Positions 62,015 through 64,000 of a stretch of 64,000 nt of DNA are shown here, in pieces; position 1 is the first letter of the stretch; every line of letters starts with the position of its first letter. The position numbers and the translations under genes are program-made. The stretch is from Balanoglossus misakiensis (lineage: Eukaryota > Animalia > Hemichordata). The notes under the pieces are model-generated. The model did not search any database. It was not told where the DNA came from and saw nothing but the letters and a program-made list of their open reading frames with translations. The stretch lies in NCBI GenBank assembly GCA_040954595.2, contig CM082579.2:8607625-8671624 (forward strand). The letters are read 5' to 3'.

Positions 62015-62454
62015 TTAATTCGGGTCTGCATTCAATTTATTCTGACAAAAATAATTAAGCATGATTTTGACCAAAACAGGCCCAACTAAGAATGGTGTGC
62101 TCACTTTCACTGACGCATGGTGGCGATATATCACTATGTGATTGTATTTGTAAATCCACAGTTCGGTGTTTTGAAAACCTCAGTTTAAAATTGTAAAAAT
62201 GTGTATCTTCGTGGCCGGGCCATCGTTATGATCACGAAGAAGCACGGTATTATTGGCTTTTTCGGCAAATTACTGCTTGATTTGAATTGTGAGTCGAAAT
62301 GACGCCTTGTGCAATTAGACAGGGGGGCAAAGCTTATGCACGTACTTATCATTTGCTGTGCCACCCCTCGAAATCTTCTGTTTACAAGAAATGGTTGAGC
62401 CCAAAGGACAAAAGCGCGATTCCGTCGTGAGGGCGCTCATCGCCGGCGTCCAAA

Positions 62455-63784
62455 ATGGCGGCCAAGTTCAACTTGGGTGATCTTGTCTGGTAAGTTACAC
62501 GCGATTTTGCACAATTCTGTGCCTCACGTCTCTTGTTTTGTGTGAGAAAACGTTCTTCAGTCCATATTTGTTCCAGTCTGACGGTGTGATTTCCATTTCA
62601 GGGCAAAATTGAGCAGTTTTCCGGCTTGGCCTGGCAAGGTAAGATTTACAAACAACAGCACTGCGATGAACACGATCCATGTGTCAAACCACGGTCACGC
62701 TGCGCGTGTGTAAAAGTGCACGCTTACAGTGAATTTAATCTGGAATATACTTTAAATCACGTTGGCCGTCAAACGATGCACCAACATGCAATATGTAACC
62801 TAACGTGTTAGGAGATTTCAGCTCCCCTCGGCTTGTTACAAACAGAAGGGGTTGGCACTGTTTTTGTGAATGAGTTGGCCTGTATTATGCAGGCTGACGC
62901 CTTATTTACACAACAATGGGGTTTACTGGGGTACCTATAAGTGTCCAAAACGACAGTCACAATGACCTCTTTTAAAATCGCCAAACTCTGTTCCCAAGTC
63001 CACACAGCCCCTCCCAGTTGCACCAGGTATGTGCCGTAATTGGGAGGCAGCAACATGGTCGTACACTTAGAAAATGCTGTCAAGCAGTTTCCTGTGAATG
63101 TGCACCAGATCAGTGATGTATGCATGCATGGTGTATGCATCACTAACTGTACATAGCAGTGGGTGTACATAGCTTCTTGTTTCCATCCATCACACGCCTT
63201 CTTATCAGTACTAAGCTCTGCATGGCAGGACTGTGTATTGGTACTGGCTACGCATCCAACCTCAGTCCTGCTGACTCTCATAGACTGAGATATGGTGTTG
63301 CTATTGTCACAGTTTCATGTCGGAAAGACTCCAACTGAAAACATCCGATTGTGAAATTTAATTGTGTGTCGGTCTGCGTTTTCGAGCACGGACTCAACTG
63401 TGCTTGAAAACTTAACAGCAATTGGTATGCAATCATTCTGTTTTCAAATGGAGAACTTTCCAACACAAAACTGTGGTGGACTGGACATATTGGTGTCAGC
63501 AGGGTTGCGATTGGAGGCATAGCAGGTAACAGTACACAACATTGCCATGTGAAGTTAAATGGTACTTCACTACAGAGCTCCATGTACCATTGAAGCCAGC
63601 TGTCACTGTGCGAAAGCTTCCTGATATATCTCTACAGAGTTCAATAGCTGTTAGTCATGTTGTTTTCAAGATAAATCATGAACATATTTTTTATTTCTAA
63701 GGTTGTGCGTCCCATGAAAAATGTGAAGAAACCAGCTGGCAAAAAACCTGTGCACTTTATCTTTTTCTATGGCACTGAAGACCA
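62455..63784 (+). CDS. GLYR1: PWWP-domain protein, GLYR1/N-PAC-like (5' part; continues past right edge)
   Basis: join(62455..62489,62602..62638,63702..63784): MAAKFNLGDLVWAKLSSFPAWPGKVVRPMKNVKKPAGKKPVHFIFFYGTED(H). The PWPGK..KKP.GKK..FFGTEDH pattern fits GLYR1 better than HDGF. Exons are too small for the ORF track. Confidence 0.8.
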
Positions 63785-64000
63785 GTAAGTATCTATGTAG
63801 TGTTGATTTCAATCGGTGCACACATGAAAACAACATGTGTTTATTTCAAAGGCACATGTCGGTTTCTAACTTTGTCGACTCTTGCCAGGGCATTCACCAA
63901 TTTACATGTATTATTTTGCAATGTTCGCTTTACCTCATGGGGGGGAAATTAAAAGTTCACATCTTTTGTTTAAATTTCATACAAATATACAATGTTTTGT

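Noticed and set aside
62808-63583. Minus-strand ORFs of 157 and 101 aa
   Set aside because: Within intron 2 of the PWWP gene; no domain signal or supporting splice structure.
1-64000. Prokaryotic systems (operons, CRISPR arrays, phage or defence genes)
   Set aside because: All credible coding sequence is split by spliceosomal introns and encodes animal proteins; no regularly spaced repeat-spacer array is visible.

Overview
Intron-rich animal (invertebrate bilaterian-like) genomic DNA, not prokaryotic. I reconstructed 11 spliced protein-coding genes by hand from splice sites and reading-frame phase: ZDHHC23 (-, runs off the left edge); a co-oriented four-gene cluster (SPRY-NHR-ARM-RHIM gene, DED plus unknown-domain gene, two ARM-repeat paralogs); a type-I membrane protein with two propeller-like repeat domains around a kringle; FGF9/16/20 (-); a long-form COMMD6 (-); centrin (-) head-to-head with NSDHL (+); and the start of a GLYR1/N-PAC-like PWWP gene (+, runs off the right edge). 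Several short non-autonomous DNA transposons are present (Kolobok-like TTAA, 9-bp-TSD foldback, piggyBac-like, TA-TSD). The most interesting signal is at 2.7-21.7 kb: a gene ending in a RHIM amyloid motif lies next to a death-effector-domain gene and TIR-less ARM paralogs, and the first three genes have NF-kB-type sites upstream. This is a candidate invertebrate amyloid/death-fold immune signalling module. Gene models and domain calls are by eye; no database search was run.
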